The notes under the pieces are model-generated. The model saw only the letters and a program-made list of their open reading frames with translations. It had not been told where the DNA came from and did not search any database. Source: Lentisphaeria bacterium (GTDB taxonomy: Bacteria > Verrucomicrobiota > Lentisphaeria > JABSQK01 > JAWLHB01). From it: a stretch of DNA of 64,000 bases. The position numbers and the translations under genes were made by a program. The stretch lies in assembly GCA_041690595.1 (NCBI GenBank), contig JAWLHB010000015.1, positions 1 to 64,000 on the forward strand, given 5' to 3'. The first letter of the stretch is position 1. Each line of letters opens with the position of its first letter. Below are positions 47,975 through 57,868 of this stretch, piece after piece.

Positions 47975-49885
47975 TCATGTGGTTGGGCTTCTGCGTTGGG
48001 TGGTAACACCCCGAAAGGCGTTCAGCGCACTCCAGACTGTTCCATGCAGGTTATGGGGCGTCCGTTCCAGCTCTCTGGGCACATCCTCGGCCTCGCCCGC
48101 TCGTAACCAGCAGGCAAGCGCGCCATTCAGCACCTTCACATCATCGGGAATCACATGGGGCTGAACGGCTTCGCCGGCGATGAGGAGAACGTCGTCGGCC
48201 AATCCGGCTCTCAGGAGGTGGCACGCCCACCACCACGCTTCCGTGCAGTCGGTAGCATTGTTGATCACCATGTGGGGGCCGCTCAGGTTGTACTCGATAG
48301 CGACGAGATTGGGGGCGGTGTTGGCGTACCCATGCGGAAAGATAAGCGGGCTCGCCAGTCGCGGCCCCTTCGTCCGCATCATTTCATGGAAATGGTAACC
48401 GGAGGTCGGTGCGCCATACTGGCTGACTCCCACCACCGCAAAGCGGGCGTGAGTATCCTTGTGTGACAGCTCCTCGCCGAAGACCAGCGACACCGCCGCC
48501 AGCGTGAAGGCGCTTACCGGATCCATATAACCCTTGATCGACTTCAGGTACTCCTTGGCGGAGAAATCGGCCAGCAGCGCATTTGCGCCAAGCAGGGCGG
48601 TGATGTCGACCTCTGGAAGGGTGCCGCCTGCCTGCTGCTCGCCCGGCAGAACCCAGCCCCAGCGCCGCACCTGCACTCCCCGAGGGGCGACTACTGCTTC
48701 GGGCTGCTCGCGCACATCGCGACTCAGTACCAGAGCGCTGTTGTTGCCACCTATTCCCGCGGAATTGGTGATCGCCACCTCAAAGCTGCCCCGCCGAGGC
48801 TTCCCACGCACGACATCGATTGTGCATGCCGGATCCAGTTGCTCCAGACCCTGAACAGCCGGCACTATCCCTGTGCGCAGCGCCTGCATCGTCATGATCG
48901 CTTCCGCCAACCCCGCTGCACCCAGCAGGTGGCCCAGACTCGACTTGAAGGCCGCCACCGGCACCGGCCGCCCAAGCAGATTGTCGATCGCCGCGCTCTC
49001 CGTCGAGTCGTTGGCGCTGGTGCCCGTCGCATGCGCACAGACCAGATCGATCTGGGAAGGTTCGATGGTTGCGTCTGCCAGAGCCGCGGCCATGGCTTGC
49101 CTGGAACCTTCTGCTTCCTTTGGTGGGGCGGTCATGTGGAAGGCATTGTTGTTGGTGGCGCCACCCAGGAGCCACCCCATGGCGCAATGGCGGTCCAGTT
49201 CCCGGCTCGACAAGAGCATCGCCGCGGCCCCTTCACTGAATATCGTACCCTGCCGCCGGCGATCGAAAGGTCGAATGCAATCGGTGGTGATGGTGCGCAG
49301 ATTCGATAAGCCACACCAGACAAACTCGCTGAGCACATCGTAGCCGATGACCAGCACCCGGCTGGCGCGCCCCTCGCGCAGCCATTCCAAGCCGACCGTC
49401 AAGGCTGCCGCACCAGAAGCGCATGAAAGGGAGAGCTGCAGTCGTGGTCCTCCTGCTCCCATCCGTTGTGCCACGGTCTCGACGACATCCTGCTGCGCCA
49501 GAAAGGTTTCGTGGTGCAGCTCGGCGGTATCCAGGCGTTCCTGCCAGCACCAGCAGAGGCTCTCCATGATACCGAAGTTGGTGGCCAGAACCAGCCCAAG
49601 CTCGTCATCCGGCGAACAGGTTCCAAGCGTCGCCATGGCTTCGCCGGCCGCATCATAGATCAAGCCCCAGGCCAGATCGTCATCCCGATACATATCGAGC
49701 AGGCGCAGCTCATCGTCCTCCGCCAATTGCCCCGCGTTGCGCTGGGCGTACGCTTCGGTCGAAAATCGCGAAATCGGACGAATACCGACCTTGCCGGCAA
49801 GCATCCGTTCGAAAGTTGCTTCGACCCCTCTGCCGAGACCGGATACGATTCCCATACCAATAATGGCCGCGCTCTGCTTCATCAT
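47975..49885 (-). CDS. Beta-ketoacyl synthase (FabF-like KS) fused to a degenerate second KS/chain-length-factor-like domain
   Basis: SCASG (Cys), HATGT and KSSLGHLLGAAG (His/His), EGAA and GIGGNN motifs. About 240 extra aa with SPLIFPHGYAN and GPH, lacking the catalytic Cys. Start MMKQ at 49885 after AGGTGGAG. Confidence 0.88.
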   Translation of the reverse strand: MMKQSAAIIGMGIVSGLGRGVEATFERMLAGKVGIRPISRFSTEAYAQRNAGQLAEDDELRLLDMYRDDDLAWGLIYDAAGEAMATLGTCSPDDELGLVLATNFGIMESLCWCWQERLDTAELHHETFLAQQDVVETVAQRMGAGGPRLQLSLSCASGAAALTVGLEWLREGRASRVLVIGYDVLSEFVWCGLSNLRTITTDCIRPFDRRRQGTIFSEGAAAMLLSSRELDRHCAMGWLLGGATNNNAFHMTAPPKEAEGSRQAMAAALADATIEPSQIDLVCAHATGTSANDSTESAAIDNLLGRPVPVAAFKSSLGHLLGAAGLAEAIMTMQALRTGIVPAVQGLEQLDPACTIDVVRGKPRRGSFEVAITNSAGIGGNNSALVLSRDVREQPEAVVAPRGVQVRRWGWVLPGEQQAGGTLPEVDITALLGANALLADFSAKEYLKSIKGYMDPVSAFTLAAVSLVFGEELSHKDTHARFAVVGVSQYGAPTSGYHFHEMMRTKGPRLASPLIFPHGYANTAPNLVAIEYNLSGPHMVINNATDCTEAWWWACHLLRAGLADDVLLIAGEAVQPHVIPDDVKVLNGALACWLRAGEAEDVPRELERTPHNLHGTVWSALNAFRGVTTQRRSPTT

Positions 49886-49989
49886 GTGTCTCCACCTGCT
49901 CATACTATAGGATAAATCTGCCTCTATAGCTTCTGACGCCGCTTCCGAGCCTCGGTTCCGACGCTTGGAGGCTGGATTGACATATAATG

Positions 49990-50028
49990 CGTCAGCCGCC
50001 CACGCTTAGACGGCGGGGGCGGCTGACG
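49990..50028 (-). terminator. 12-bp perfect stem-loop downstream of the MCP gene (probable terminator)
   Basis: CGTCAGCCGCCC-15 nt-GGGCGGCTGACG. No clear U-tract. Confidence 0.5.
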
Positions 50029-50057
50029 GGCCATGCTTACTGGCTGTACTGACTGCT

Positions 50058-52106
50058 TTAGAAGTCGATGTCGTCGGCGCCGAGCGGGATCAGCTCCTCG
50101 GCATTCTGACGAATCGTGGATTTGCCGTTGCTCTTGCCATTGTTCTTGCCATTGTGGTGTGGTGCCTGAGGTTGTCTGCTGGTGAAAGCTGCATGGTGCA
50201 TTGGTTGCGGCGCCTGCCGTCTGACTGCGGTTGCGGTCCGGCTCTGTGCCGTTGGTCGTGAAGTTGCCCGCTCCATGCCACCTTGCTGGCTCATGCCGCC
50301 GACAATGCCGATCAGCACACCGACCAGATCGTTCATTTCCGCTGCCTGAGCCGAAAGCTCTTCGCTGGCAGAGGCGGATTCTTCGGCATTGGCCGCATTG
50401 CTCTGCGTCACCTGGTTCATCTGCGCGACGCCGGTGTTCACCTGCTCGATACCGCGAGCCTGTTCCTCACTGGCTGTCGAGACTTCACTGATCAGGGTGC
50501 TCACCTTTTCGACCGCCTCGGCGATCGCCGCCAGAATCGCCTCCAATTCGCCAGTAGCCTTGACGCCCTGGCTGGAGTTGTTGACCGATTCTTCGATCAG
50601 GCTGGCGGTGTTCTTGGCGGCCTCGGCACTTCGCTGAGCGAGGTTACGAACTTCCTCGGCGACTACGGCGAAGCCCTTGCCCGCTTCGCCGGCGCGTGCG
50701 GCTTCCACGGCTGCATTCAGGGCAAGGAGATTGGTCTGGAAGGCAATCTCGTCAATCGTCTTGATGATCTTGGCCGTTTCACCGGCGGAGGTCTGGATGC
50801 GGGTCATGGCGCCGGCCATCTGTCCCATGGCCTTGCTACCCTGCTGTGCCGCTTCACGTGCCTGCTCGGCCGTGGTTCGTGCCTGGCGGGCGTTCTCGGC
50901 ATTCTGGTTGGTCATACCGGCCATCTGCTCCAGCGCCGACGAGGTTTCTTCGAGGGCACTTGCCTGTTCATTGGCCCCTTCAGCCATCTGCTGGCTCGAT
51001 TGCGAGACCTGGCCCGAGGCGCTGCTCACGGCTTCCGCACCGCTGCCCAGCCCGTCGATGACCCCATAGATCGGCTTGGTGATGCTGCGCGTGATGAAGA
51101 TCGCCAGGAGGATGCCGATCACGGTGGCGGTTGCCAGGCCGATGGCCATGATGAGGCTCGCCAGCGACAGAGAGGAAGCCGCCAGTGTCGCCGCGACATT
51201 GGTCTCCTCCATGTTCTTTTCCCCTGTCGTCTTTGCCAGCGCCTGAACCACTTCCGCCGCCTCATTGCGCACCCGGTTCAGCTCCGCCCTGGCGCGCCAA
51301 TTGGCCAGATAGTCTTCCGTCGCGGCAATGTAATTCTGTCCGGCCACGCGGCACGCTTCGATGTTGCGCAGATCCGCCTCGAGCCGAGTGATCGTCTTCA
51401 ACTCATCCAGTGTGGCGTTCACATCATTGATCTTCTTCTGGGCATCCAGCAGGAGCTGCTCATTCTGCCGTGCCATGGCCTGGAAGGCGCCGATGCGTAT
51501 CTCGTTGCCCAGATCGATGACGGTGTTGCTGAGATCTATCTTGAGCATGCGTTCTCGCAGCATGGCCGCGGCATTTTCGGCCTGAAGGTTGGTCGCAAGT
51601 TCCTCTTCGAAGAGTTTGTGCTGCGACGCCAGAAAGTCGTTGCAGACGGTCATGTAATTCCGCGCGGCGTTATCCATGCGACCTTCGGCGGCCTTCATCT
51701 TATCTACCGCGACAACGGTTTTCTCCAGATAATCCACGTAGACCTTAAGTTGCTTGTCCGCCTTTTCGATATTCTCCTTCAGGACAGGAAGAGAATAGGT
51801 ACTCGCGTGCTTGCCGCCATCTTCCAGGTGCACATTCAGATCCTTGAGATGAGCCTGAGCCTGCTCCAGGTATGTGGCGTCTTCGCTGAAACCATAGCCA
51901 CGCGCGTTGAACATGACCGCGGCCGTGGTGCGCTCGATCTCGGTTGCCACCTCCACGGCGGGGACGTGTTGTTCGCTCAGCCTCATGGACATATTTTTGA
52001 CGACCAGCATGCAGACAGTGGCGCCGCCGCCAAGGATTATGGCGATGACGATCAAGGAACCAAAACCAAAGCCGATTTTGGCGGCAAGTTTCATGCGTTT
52101 GAACAT
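50058..52106 (-). CDS. Methyl-accepting chemotaxis protein
   Basis: Two TMs around a large helical periplasmic domain. Signalling hairpin [40 protein letters not shown]. Confidence 0.96.
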   Translation of the reverse strand: MFKRMKLAAKIGFGFGSLIVIAIILGGGATVCMLVVKNMSMRLSEQHVPAVEVATEIERTTAAVMFNARGYGFSEDATYLEQAQAHLKDLNVHLEDGGKHASTYSLPVLKENIEKADKQLKVYVDYLEKTVVAVDKMKAAEGRMDNAARNYMTVCNDFLASQHKLFEEELATNLQAENAAAMLRERMLKIDLSNTVIDLGNEIRIGAFQAMARQNEQLLLDAQKKINDVNATLDELKTITRLEADLRNIEACRVAGQNYIAATEDYLANWRARAELNRVRNEAAEVVQALAKTTGEKNMEETNVAATLAASSLSLASLIMAIGLATATVIGILLAIFITRSITKPIYGVIDGLGSGAEAVSSASGQVSQSSQQMAEGANEQASALEETSSALEQMAGMTNQNAENARQARTTAEQAREAAQQGSKAMGQMAGAMTRIQTSAGETAKIIKTIDEIAFQTNLLALNAAVEAARAGEAGKGFAVVAEEVRNLAQRSAEAAKNTASLIEESVNNSSQGVKATGELEAILAAIAEAVEKVSTLISEVSTASEEQARGIEQVNTGVAQMNQVTQSNAANAEESASASEELSAQAAEMNDLVGVLIGIVGGMSQQGGMERATSRPTAQSRTATAVRRQAPQPMHHAAFTSRQPQAPHHNGKNNGKSNGKSTIRQNAEELIPLGADDIDF

Positions 52107-52474
52107 GTTGAATTTCCTTTGGATAGGTTAAATAAATGAGCGGTTGATCAACCGCGGTCGAGCCGTTATGCATGGATTGAAACCAGGTATGCTTGGCGGA
52201 TCTGCTTCCCATGTTAAACGTTTTGACGCGTGGTGAATAGAGACATGCCGGCGACCTCGCCGCAAATGTCGTCATGACCGCGTTCACCGCACGAATCATG
52301 CCCGTCCCTTGCTTTCATGACTCCTGAGGGAAAGTCAGGCCAAAGTGAAGGAAGGATGTGCCGCTTGATGACAGGCAAACGTCGTGAATCGCAACAGGTG
52401 CGCCGTGGACGTCGACGTGCTTGGATGTGCCTCTGGGATGGGTGCCGGCGCTGGTGCCGGGGATCCATCATGGA

Positions 52475-53650
52475 TCAGAGTGGCATGACGGCTTCGTAGA
52501 GGCGCTGATGATCGCGCATGCCTGAAAGGCGGAATGAACCGGTGGGATCCGCCGGAAGGCCGATGGTGCTGCCGTCGACGGGAAGCGTGAAGCGGTAGAG
52601 CTCTTCATAGTCCTCGACCGTGAGTCGCTTGCGGCTGTCGAGCAACCGGCGATGCTCCTGAGTGTGCAGGTGGCGGCGGTAGCCCGGCTGGACGATGCCA
52701 CTGAAGAACTCGCCCATGCAGCCGGACCCATAGCTGAAGAGGCCGACGCGAGCATTGTCCAGATCGTCCTCTTCGTTGTCGAGGAGCGAGGCGAGCGCAA
52801 TGTAGAGCGAAGCGGCATAGGTATTGCCCAGGCGCCGGTTATAGTGGAGCGAGGCTTCGAGTTGGCGATCCAACTCGTCATGCGACAGGTGCAGGGCGTT
52901 GGCACGCAGCAGGTGCCGATGCGCCATCTCGGCCATGCGCGTAAAAGGAAGATGATAGCAGAAGCGAGAAAACTCCCGCAGCGGCGGCCCGCCTTCTTCC
53001 CGGTAGTGGCGCCATGCATCCAGCAGCACCTGCAGATAGAGCCGTACCGATGCCGCACCGTCGACAATGGCCTCGTCGCGGTAGTTGGGGCGCCAGAAGT
53101 CCATGGTATCTTCCGTGTGGTAGCCGCTGTACGGCTCGATGGCCAGCAGGCGAGGTGAGGCGGAGATAAGCATGGCGGCGGCGCCGGCGCCATGCGTAGG
53201 TTCGCCCGCGCTTCCCAGCCCATAGCGGGCAATATCGGATGCCACGATGAGCACCTTCCGCGATGGATTCTGCCGCGCCACGTGGCAAGCCATGGCAAGT
53301 GCGGCGGTGGCGCCGTAACAGGCCTGCTTGATCTCGAAGACCCGGCAGCGGGATGGCAGGTTCAGCAGCTTGTGCACGTAAGTGCCGGCTGCTTTCGACT
53401 GATCGACGGCGCTTTCCGTGGCGAAGATCAGCCATGAAATGTCGGCCCGATCGGATTGGTCCACCGCTTGAAGCGCGGCGTTGGCAGCCATCGTCACCAC
53501 GTCCTCGGCGGGTGGCGAAACCGCCATCTCCCGTTGTCCCAGCTTGATGGTATAGCGCTCCGGCGCGACACCGCGCGCGGCAGCCAGCGCTTCTAGTGGC
53601 AGATAATAGTGTGAGGAGTAGAAGCTGAGAGAGTCGATCCCTACGTTCAT
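52475..53650 (-). CDS. mvaS: Hydroxymethylglutaryl-CoA synthase (MvaS type)
   Basis: ATESAVDQSKA (Glu), KQACYGAT (Cys), DIARYG, DFWRP, YHLPF (His), GNTYAAS and FSYGSG motifs. Confidence 0.92.
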   Translation of the reverse strand: MNVGIDSLSFYSSHYYLPLEALAAARGVAPERYTIKLGQREMAVSPPAEDVVTMAANAALQAVDQSDRADISWLIFATESAVDQSKAAGTYVHKLLNLPSRCRVFEIKQACYGATAALAMACHVARQNPSRKVLIVASDIARYGLGSAGEPTHGAGAAAMLISASPRLLAIEPYSGYHTEDTMDFWRPNYRDEAIVDGAASVRLYLQVLLDAWRHYREEGGPPLREFSRFCYHLPFTRMAEMAHRHLLRANALHLSHDELDRQLEASLHYNRRLGNTYAASLYIALASLLDNEEDDLDNARVGLFSYGSGCMGEFFSGIVQPGYRRHLHTQEHRRLLDSRKRLTVEDYEELYRFTLPVDGSTIGLPADPTGSFRLSGMRDHQRLYEAVMPL

Positions 53651-53777
53651 GCGCGCTTGTCATGCTCCAGAAATGGACATCGAGAATGGCGTGAAAAAAC
53701 GATCACTATACAGGAGGAAGTGCCGTTTGACGAGAGGCAGCGACTATTCCCGCTATTTCCTGCGCGAGGTGCGGGCT

Positions 53778-55646
53778 TTACAAGGCCCATGTCTCATTGG
53801 TCCACTCAGGATTGGGTTCCTGATTGGCCTCGGCGGAGGAGACGACGGTCTCGCAGAGCAGCTCGAACAGATCGCGCGCCGGCTCCGGCCTGTTGGTCTT
53901 GAGCTGCAGGATCGGGACATCCTCGGGCAGCGCCAGCTCGCGGGCCAGGTAATCCAGGCAATCCGGGATGGTGATCGCGGCGTGGCAGGCGGAACAGGCG
54001 TCGGTTTCGCCGGTACGATCCATGTTGACCGACATCTGGTGCCCGCAGGTCGGGCAATCGATCAGGAAAAAAGCCTTCTCTTCGTAGTTCAGCAGCTTGG
54101 GTACGATCAGGTAGTAGAGCCCCTTGAACCGGGCCCATAACTGCCGCAGCAGTCGCAAATTCTGCTTGTTCTCCTCGCTTGTCTGGTCGGCCGAAATAAG
54201 GATGACGCCGAAGAGTTCTGCCCCATGCTGGTCCAGCCAACGAAGTTTAGAGCGATCCATCACCGGCGGAAGCTCCACCAGGTCGAGAGGAAGGCCATCC
54301 ACCAGCTCCAGCCGCGTGATCTTGATGCCGGCCAGATCGGCAAAGTGGGCCGGAGCGGTTTGGTTGACCGCTGAATGAAGCATGCCGAGGGAATCGATGA
54401 AAGTCGCCGCATTGGTGGCCTGATTGCCGGTGACGATCAGTTTTGGCGCAATCTCCTGCCAGTTTGCGACTGCCGGCGGCAGACGCCGCCGCCGTCGTCC
54501 TGGCGGACGCGGCCGAACCCATGACTTTTCGGCGTCATCTTCGGTCTTCGAGTCATCGTATATGTTCAGGGGAAATTCTATGGCCGCCAGCGCCGCCTTG
54601 ACCTGTCGAAGCGTCTTGATAAGCCCCGGCTTGCGGTAGGAATGATAGACATTCCAGGTGAAATCCAGGAAGAGGGGATCGGCTGTGATCAACTGGCCGC
54701 TTTCCACCAGATTGAGGAGGGCGACGGTCATCTGGCGCGTCGATTGGTCCGGATGCAGGAGGATTTCCTCAACGGTATAGCCGGTGAGGGCATGTTCGTA
54801 GACGAAGCGGTGGACCTTGTCGAGGTCGGTTGGCAATTTTTTGGTGCCGGCGGTAAAGACGGTGTCGACGGGCGGCAGGCGCCGGCGCGCAGCCCGGTAC
54901 TCAGCGACCTTTCCAAGTGCCTTGGTGATCACTTCCGTCAGTGGCGTCGCCTGTTCGAGATCTCCTTCGACGGTATCGTCGTCCACAAACGTAGCCGTTG
55001 ACGATGCCCAGCTCAGCACTTCCACGACAGCCTCCAGACCGAGGAAGCCGCGGGCCTCGGCATGGAGCAGTTTGCCTTCCTTCAGGTAAAGTACCGCCTT
55101 GCTTCCCTGGCGCTTGACGATGACCCGGCCTGTCTTCAATTCAGCTTCGAGAAACTGCAGGATCATGGCCAATTCGGCCGACGATGCGTTTGCGGTAATC
55201 GACGATACGGCCTGCAACCGCTTGATGCTCTCGAGATGGTAATGCAACCGTGCGACGAGCGCCTGCCGCGCGAAAGGTACGCTGACGAAGTCGTCGGCCC
55301 CCGCCTCATACGCGGCAGCCGTAACGCTTCCGTCTCCGTCATCATGACCAATCATGATAATCGGATACATGTTGACGGAGCTGGTTCGGCGCAGTGATCG
55401 ACAGGCGACATAGGCCTGTTCGTTGGGAATGCCCGTGTCGATGAGTACCAGGTCGACCGACCGTTCGACCATGAAATGACAGGCTTGGGTGGCGTTATCA
55501 CAGCTGAAAACCTTAAACCCGTCCGCCAGGAGAAGGTCCATGAGATGGTAACACCCCGCATCCTCGGCAATGAGTAGGATGATGGGGTTGGAAGAAGAAG
55601 GCATTGAAGAATCCTTGTCGTTAAACGAGGCTGCAGCCTCGTTCAT
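53778..55646 (-). CDS. Atypical response regulator: REC, DUF4388/PatA_N-like domain, degenerate small-GTPase fold and zinc ribbon
   Basis: DLVLID...AGADDF receiver, LQFLEAELKTG...LYLKEGKL.HA...W DUF4388-like segment, KLIVTG...TFIDSL and CPTC-x16-CSAC. Start may be 55604. Confidence 0.75.
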   Translation of the reverse strand: MNEAAASFNDKDSSMPSSSNPIILLIAEDAGCYHLMDLLLADGFKVFSCDNATQACHFMVERSVDLVLIDTGIPNEQAYVACRSLRRTSSVNMYPIIMIGHDDGDGSVTAAAYEAGADDFVSVPFARQALVARLHYHLESIKRLQAVSSITANASSAELAMILQFLEAELKTGRVIVKRQGSKAVLYLKEGKLLHAEARGFLGLEAVVEVLSWASSTATFVDDDTVEGDLEQATPLTEVITKALGKVAEYRAARRRLPPVDTVFTAGTKKLPTDLDKVHRFVYEHALTGYTVEEILLHPDQSTRQMTVALLNLVESGQLITADPLFLDFTWNVYHSYRKPGLIKTLRQVKAALAAIEFPLNIYDDSKTEDDAEKSWVRPRPPGRRRRRLPPAVANWQEIAPKLIVTGNQATNAATFIDSLGMLHSAVNQTAPAHFADLAGIKITRLELVDGLPLDLVELPPVMDRSKLRWLDQHGAELFGVILISADQTSEENKQNLRLLRQLWARFKGLYYLIVPKLLNYEEKAFFLIDCPTCGHQMSVNMDRTGETDACSACHAAITIPDCLDYLARELALPEDVPILQLKTNRPEPARDLFELLCETVVSSAEANQEPNPEWTNETWAL

Positions 55647-55816
55647 GAAAACGTGGTGAAACGCTCAACTATCTCTTGTATCTCTTGGTCCCTCTCCAAC
55701 TCCCTGCGCCACAGTATTAAGGTAATGCCGGCACGACAAACGTCAAGCAAGCCTCTGATTCGGGCAAGAAGTTTACGGGAAGTTGGCCAAGACCATATCT
55801 GCTTTACGAGGCACGC

Positions 55817-57592
55817 TCACGGTCTACCTTCGAGCACTTGCTCACGCTTCCAGGCGGGCAGGGCTGCCAGGTAGCGCTCGTAGGCGGACTTTGCCGCCGC
55901 GATCCGCCCCTGACGGCCATGGAGGAGCGCCAGCTTGTAGAGCAGGGGTGGTGAGAGGGTGGGGGCCCGCTCGATCGCCCGATTCAGGGCATGAACCGCA
56001 AGCTCGTCGCGGGCAGGATCGAGCATCGCCAGCGAGTCGGGGGGAGACGAGGTGTCGTCCATCGCCCGTTCCGCCAGAAGGTGCCAGACCTGCCAGTTGG
56101 CGCCGTACCAGGCAAGAAAGCGCGGCATCTCGGCCATGCGGGCCTGTTGGATTTCCCGGGCACGATCGCGAATAAAGATGTCGCGTCCATGCACGCCGCC
56201 AATCCAGAGCACAGCTGCCAGCATCAACGCCGGCAGCATCGCCGAGCGCGCCCGCTCCCAGCAACTGGGGCTGGCGACTGCGTCCCCTGGCGGAAGTGCC
56301 AGGCCGATCATGGCGGCAACCGTGTAGGCGTAGATGGGAACATGCCAGGCTACATCGAAGAGCGCGTGCAGGCCGACAACCAGCAGGGCCGCCGACACCG
56401 CTCGCCGCAAGGTCGAATCGAGCTCGGGGTGATGACGTCGGCGCCAACAGGTGACGATCAACCCAATCGCCACCATCGCCAGCAGGGCCGCGCCAATCAA
56501 GCCACCTTCGGCAAAAAGCTCGATCCAGGTGCTTTCCGGATGATGTGCCAGTACCGGATGCCCGAGCGGCATATAGCGTGGTTGGAGCGCACGGTATCCT
56601 TCCAGCCCGACCCCGATCAGCGGGAACTCGCGGAACATGTCCGCGCCGGCCTGCCACAGCGGCACCCGGTTGCTCAGCCATGATTGCAGAAGCGGATGCA
56701 GAAAGAGGCGGGGCGCCAGCAGTTGAGCCATCGCCGCCGTTGCTATTGGGAGGGCACCGGCCATCATGGTGAGCAGCAGGATCCGCCGCCGATGTTGAAG
56801 CATCTGGACCATGGCGCCGCCCAGCAGGCCCACGGCCAGCAGCAGCAGTGCGCCTCGTGAACCGGATGCGAAGGAGCCCGCCGCCAGCACGAGAATGCAC
56901 AGCAACCAGCCGGCTGCCTGACGTCGGTGCTCCCGGCGCCGGGCCATTGTCACCATTGCCATCCCCAGTGGGCATAGCAGCGCCAGGTAGGCTCCATAAT
57001 GATTGGGGTTGATGAAACAGGCTTGCGAGCGGGATTCGCCGCTCTCCCACCACCACCAGATTGCCCCGCCGGGCGCAACCAGCCAGCGGGCGGCCATACC
57101 GCCGAGTGCCACGATCATGCCAATACCCAGCAGTCCTTTCGCCAGTTGGATACGCTTGGCCTTGCTCAGGCGAGAAGCCAGAAGGGCCGCGCCCACGGCG
57201 CCAAGAAGCAGCAGCAAGCCGCGCATGCTTCCCGCCCGATTCATCGAGATGTACCAGAATTGCGACTCATCAGGAGAAAAATCCTTCATCATCCGAAGAC
57301 GAGAAGTTGCCAGAATCGCGGCCTGTGCCTCTTGACGAAAGCCGGAAAGCATACTGCCTGCTCCGGCGGGTAGCGGCAGAACCGTCAGGATGCCCCAGAT
57401 CAGCCCTCCCGTGAGCACGATTCGCACGATCCGCCAGTCTCTGCCGCGGCGCTCTTGCGGCAGTATCGCCGCCACCACGATCGCTCCCGCCACAAAAATT
57501 GCCGATGTCATCAGCCAGGATTCTGGCAGAATTCCACCGGCCCAGATGACGGTGACAAGGAGTCCGGCGAGCAAGACGATTAGGTCAGCCAT
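55817..57592 (-). CDS. O-antigen ligase-like (Wzy_C) membrane protein with a C-terminal TPR
   Basis: FINPNHYG, SGSRG, R..LW...FPLIGVG.EGY and HHPESTWIELFAEGG motifs. TPR-like C-terminus. Confidence 0.88.
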   Translation of the reverse strand: MADLIVLLAGLLVTVIWAGGILPESWLMTSAIFVAGAIVVAAILPQERRGRDWRIVRIVLTGGLIWGILTVLPLPAGAGSMLSGFRQEAQAAILATSRLRMMKDFSPDESQFWYISMNRAGSMRGLLLLLGAVGAALLASRLSKAKRIQLAKGLLGIGMIVALGGMAARWLVAPGGAIWWWWESGESRSQACFINPNHYGAYLALLCPLGMAMVTMARRREHRRQAAGWLLCILVLAAGSFASGSRGALLLLAVGLLGGAMVQMLQHRRRILLLTMMAGALPIATAAMAQLLAPRLFLHPLLQSWLSNRVPLWQAGADMFREFPLIGVGLEGYRALQPRYMPLGHPVLAHHPESTWIELFAEGGLIGAALLAMVAIGLIVTCWRRRHHPELDSTLRRAVSAALLVVGLHALFDVAWHVPIYAYTVAAMIGLALPPGDAVASPSCWERARSAMLPALMLAAVLWIGGVHGRDIFIRDRAREIQQARMAEMPRFLAWYGANWQVWHLLAERAMDDTSSPPDSLAMLDPARDELAVHALNRAIERAPTLSPPLLYKLALLHGRQGRIAAAKSAYERYLAALPAWKREQVLEGRP

Positions 57593-57868
57593 GGCTTCTT
57601 TCGTTAGTTTAGCATTGTGAGATCCGCTGACGGAACTGGATGTGGATCGCTATCACATGGAGATATACAGCTACTATTCCGCCAATGACGCCATACGACC
57701 AGTGCCCCACCGCAGGTTCCTGTCGCGCGGCGTAACCATACCACTTCAACCTGTTCCACGTTTACTACTTATGAAGACACTACCGCCGTTCCTGCATGCA
57801 GGGTTAAGCCTCCCTGAAGTTCATGCTGACCCGCACATTTGCGTTGACTTGAACGGGAGGATTGCGCC

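Noticed and set aside
47975..53650. Polyketide beta-branching cassette (HMGS plus KS)
   Set aside because: The genes are separated by an MCP and a stem-loop, with no ACP or enoyl-CoA hydratase. The KS keeps its Cys and the HMGS motifs are MvaS-like.
57776..57787. ops/JUMPstart element (GGCGGTAG on the minus strand)
   Set aside because: This 8-mer is expected several times by chance in 64 kb of GC-rich DNA. It points away from the long glycan operon and lacks JUMPstart context.
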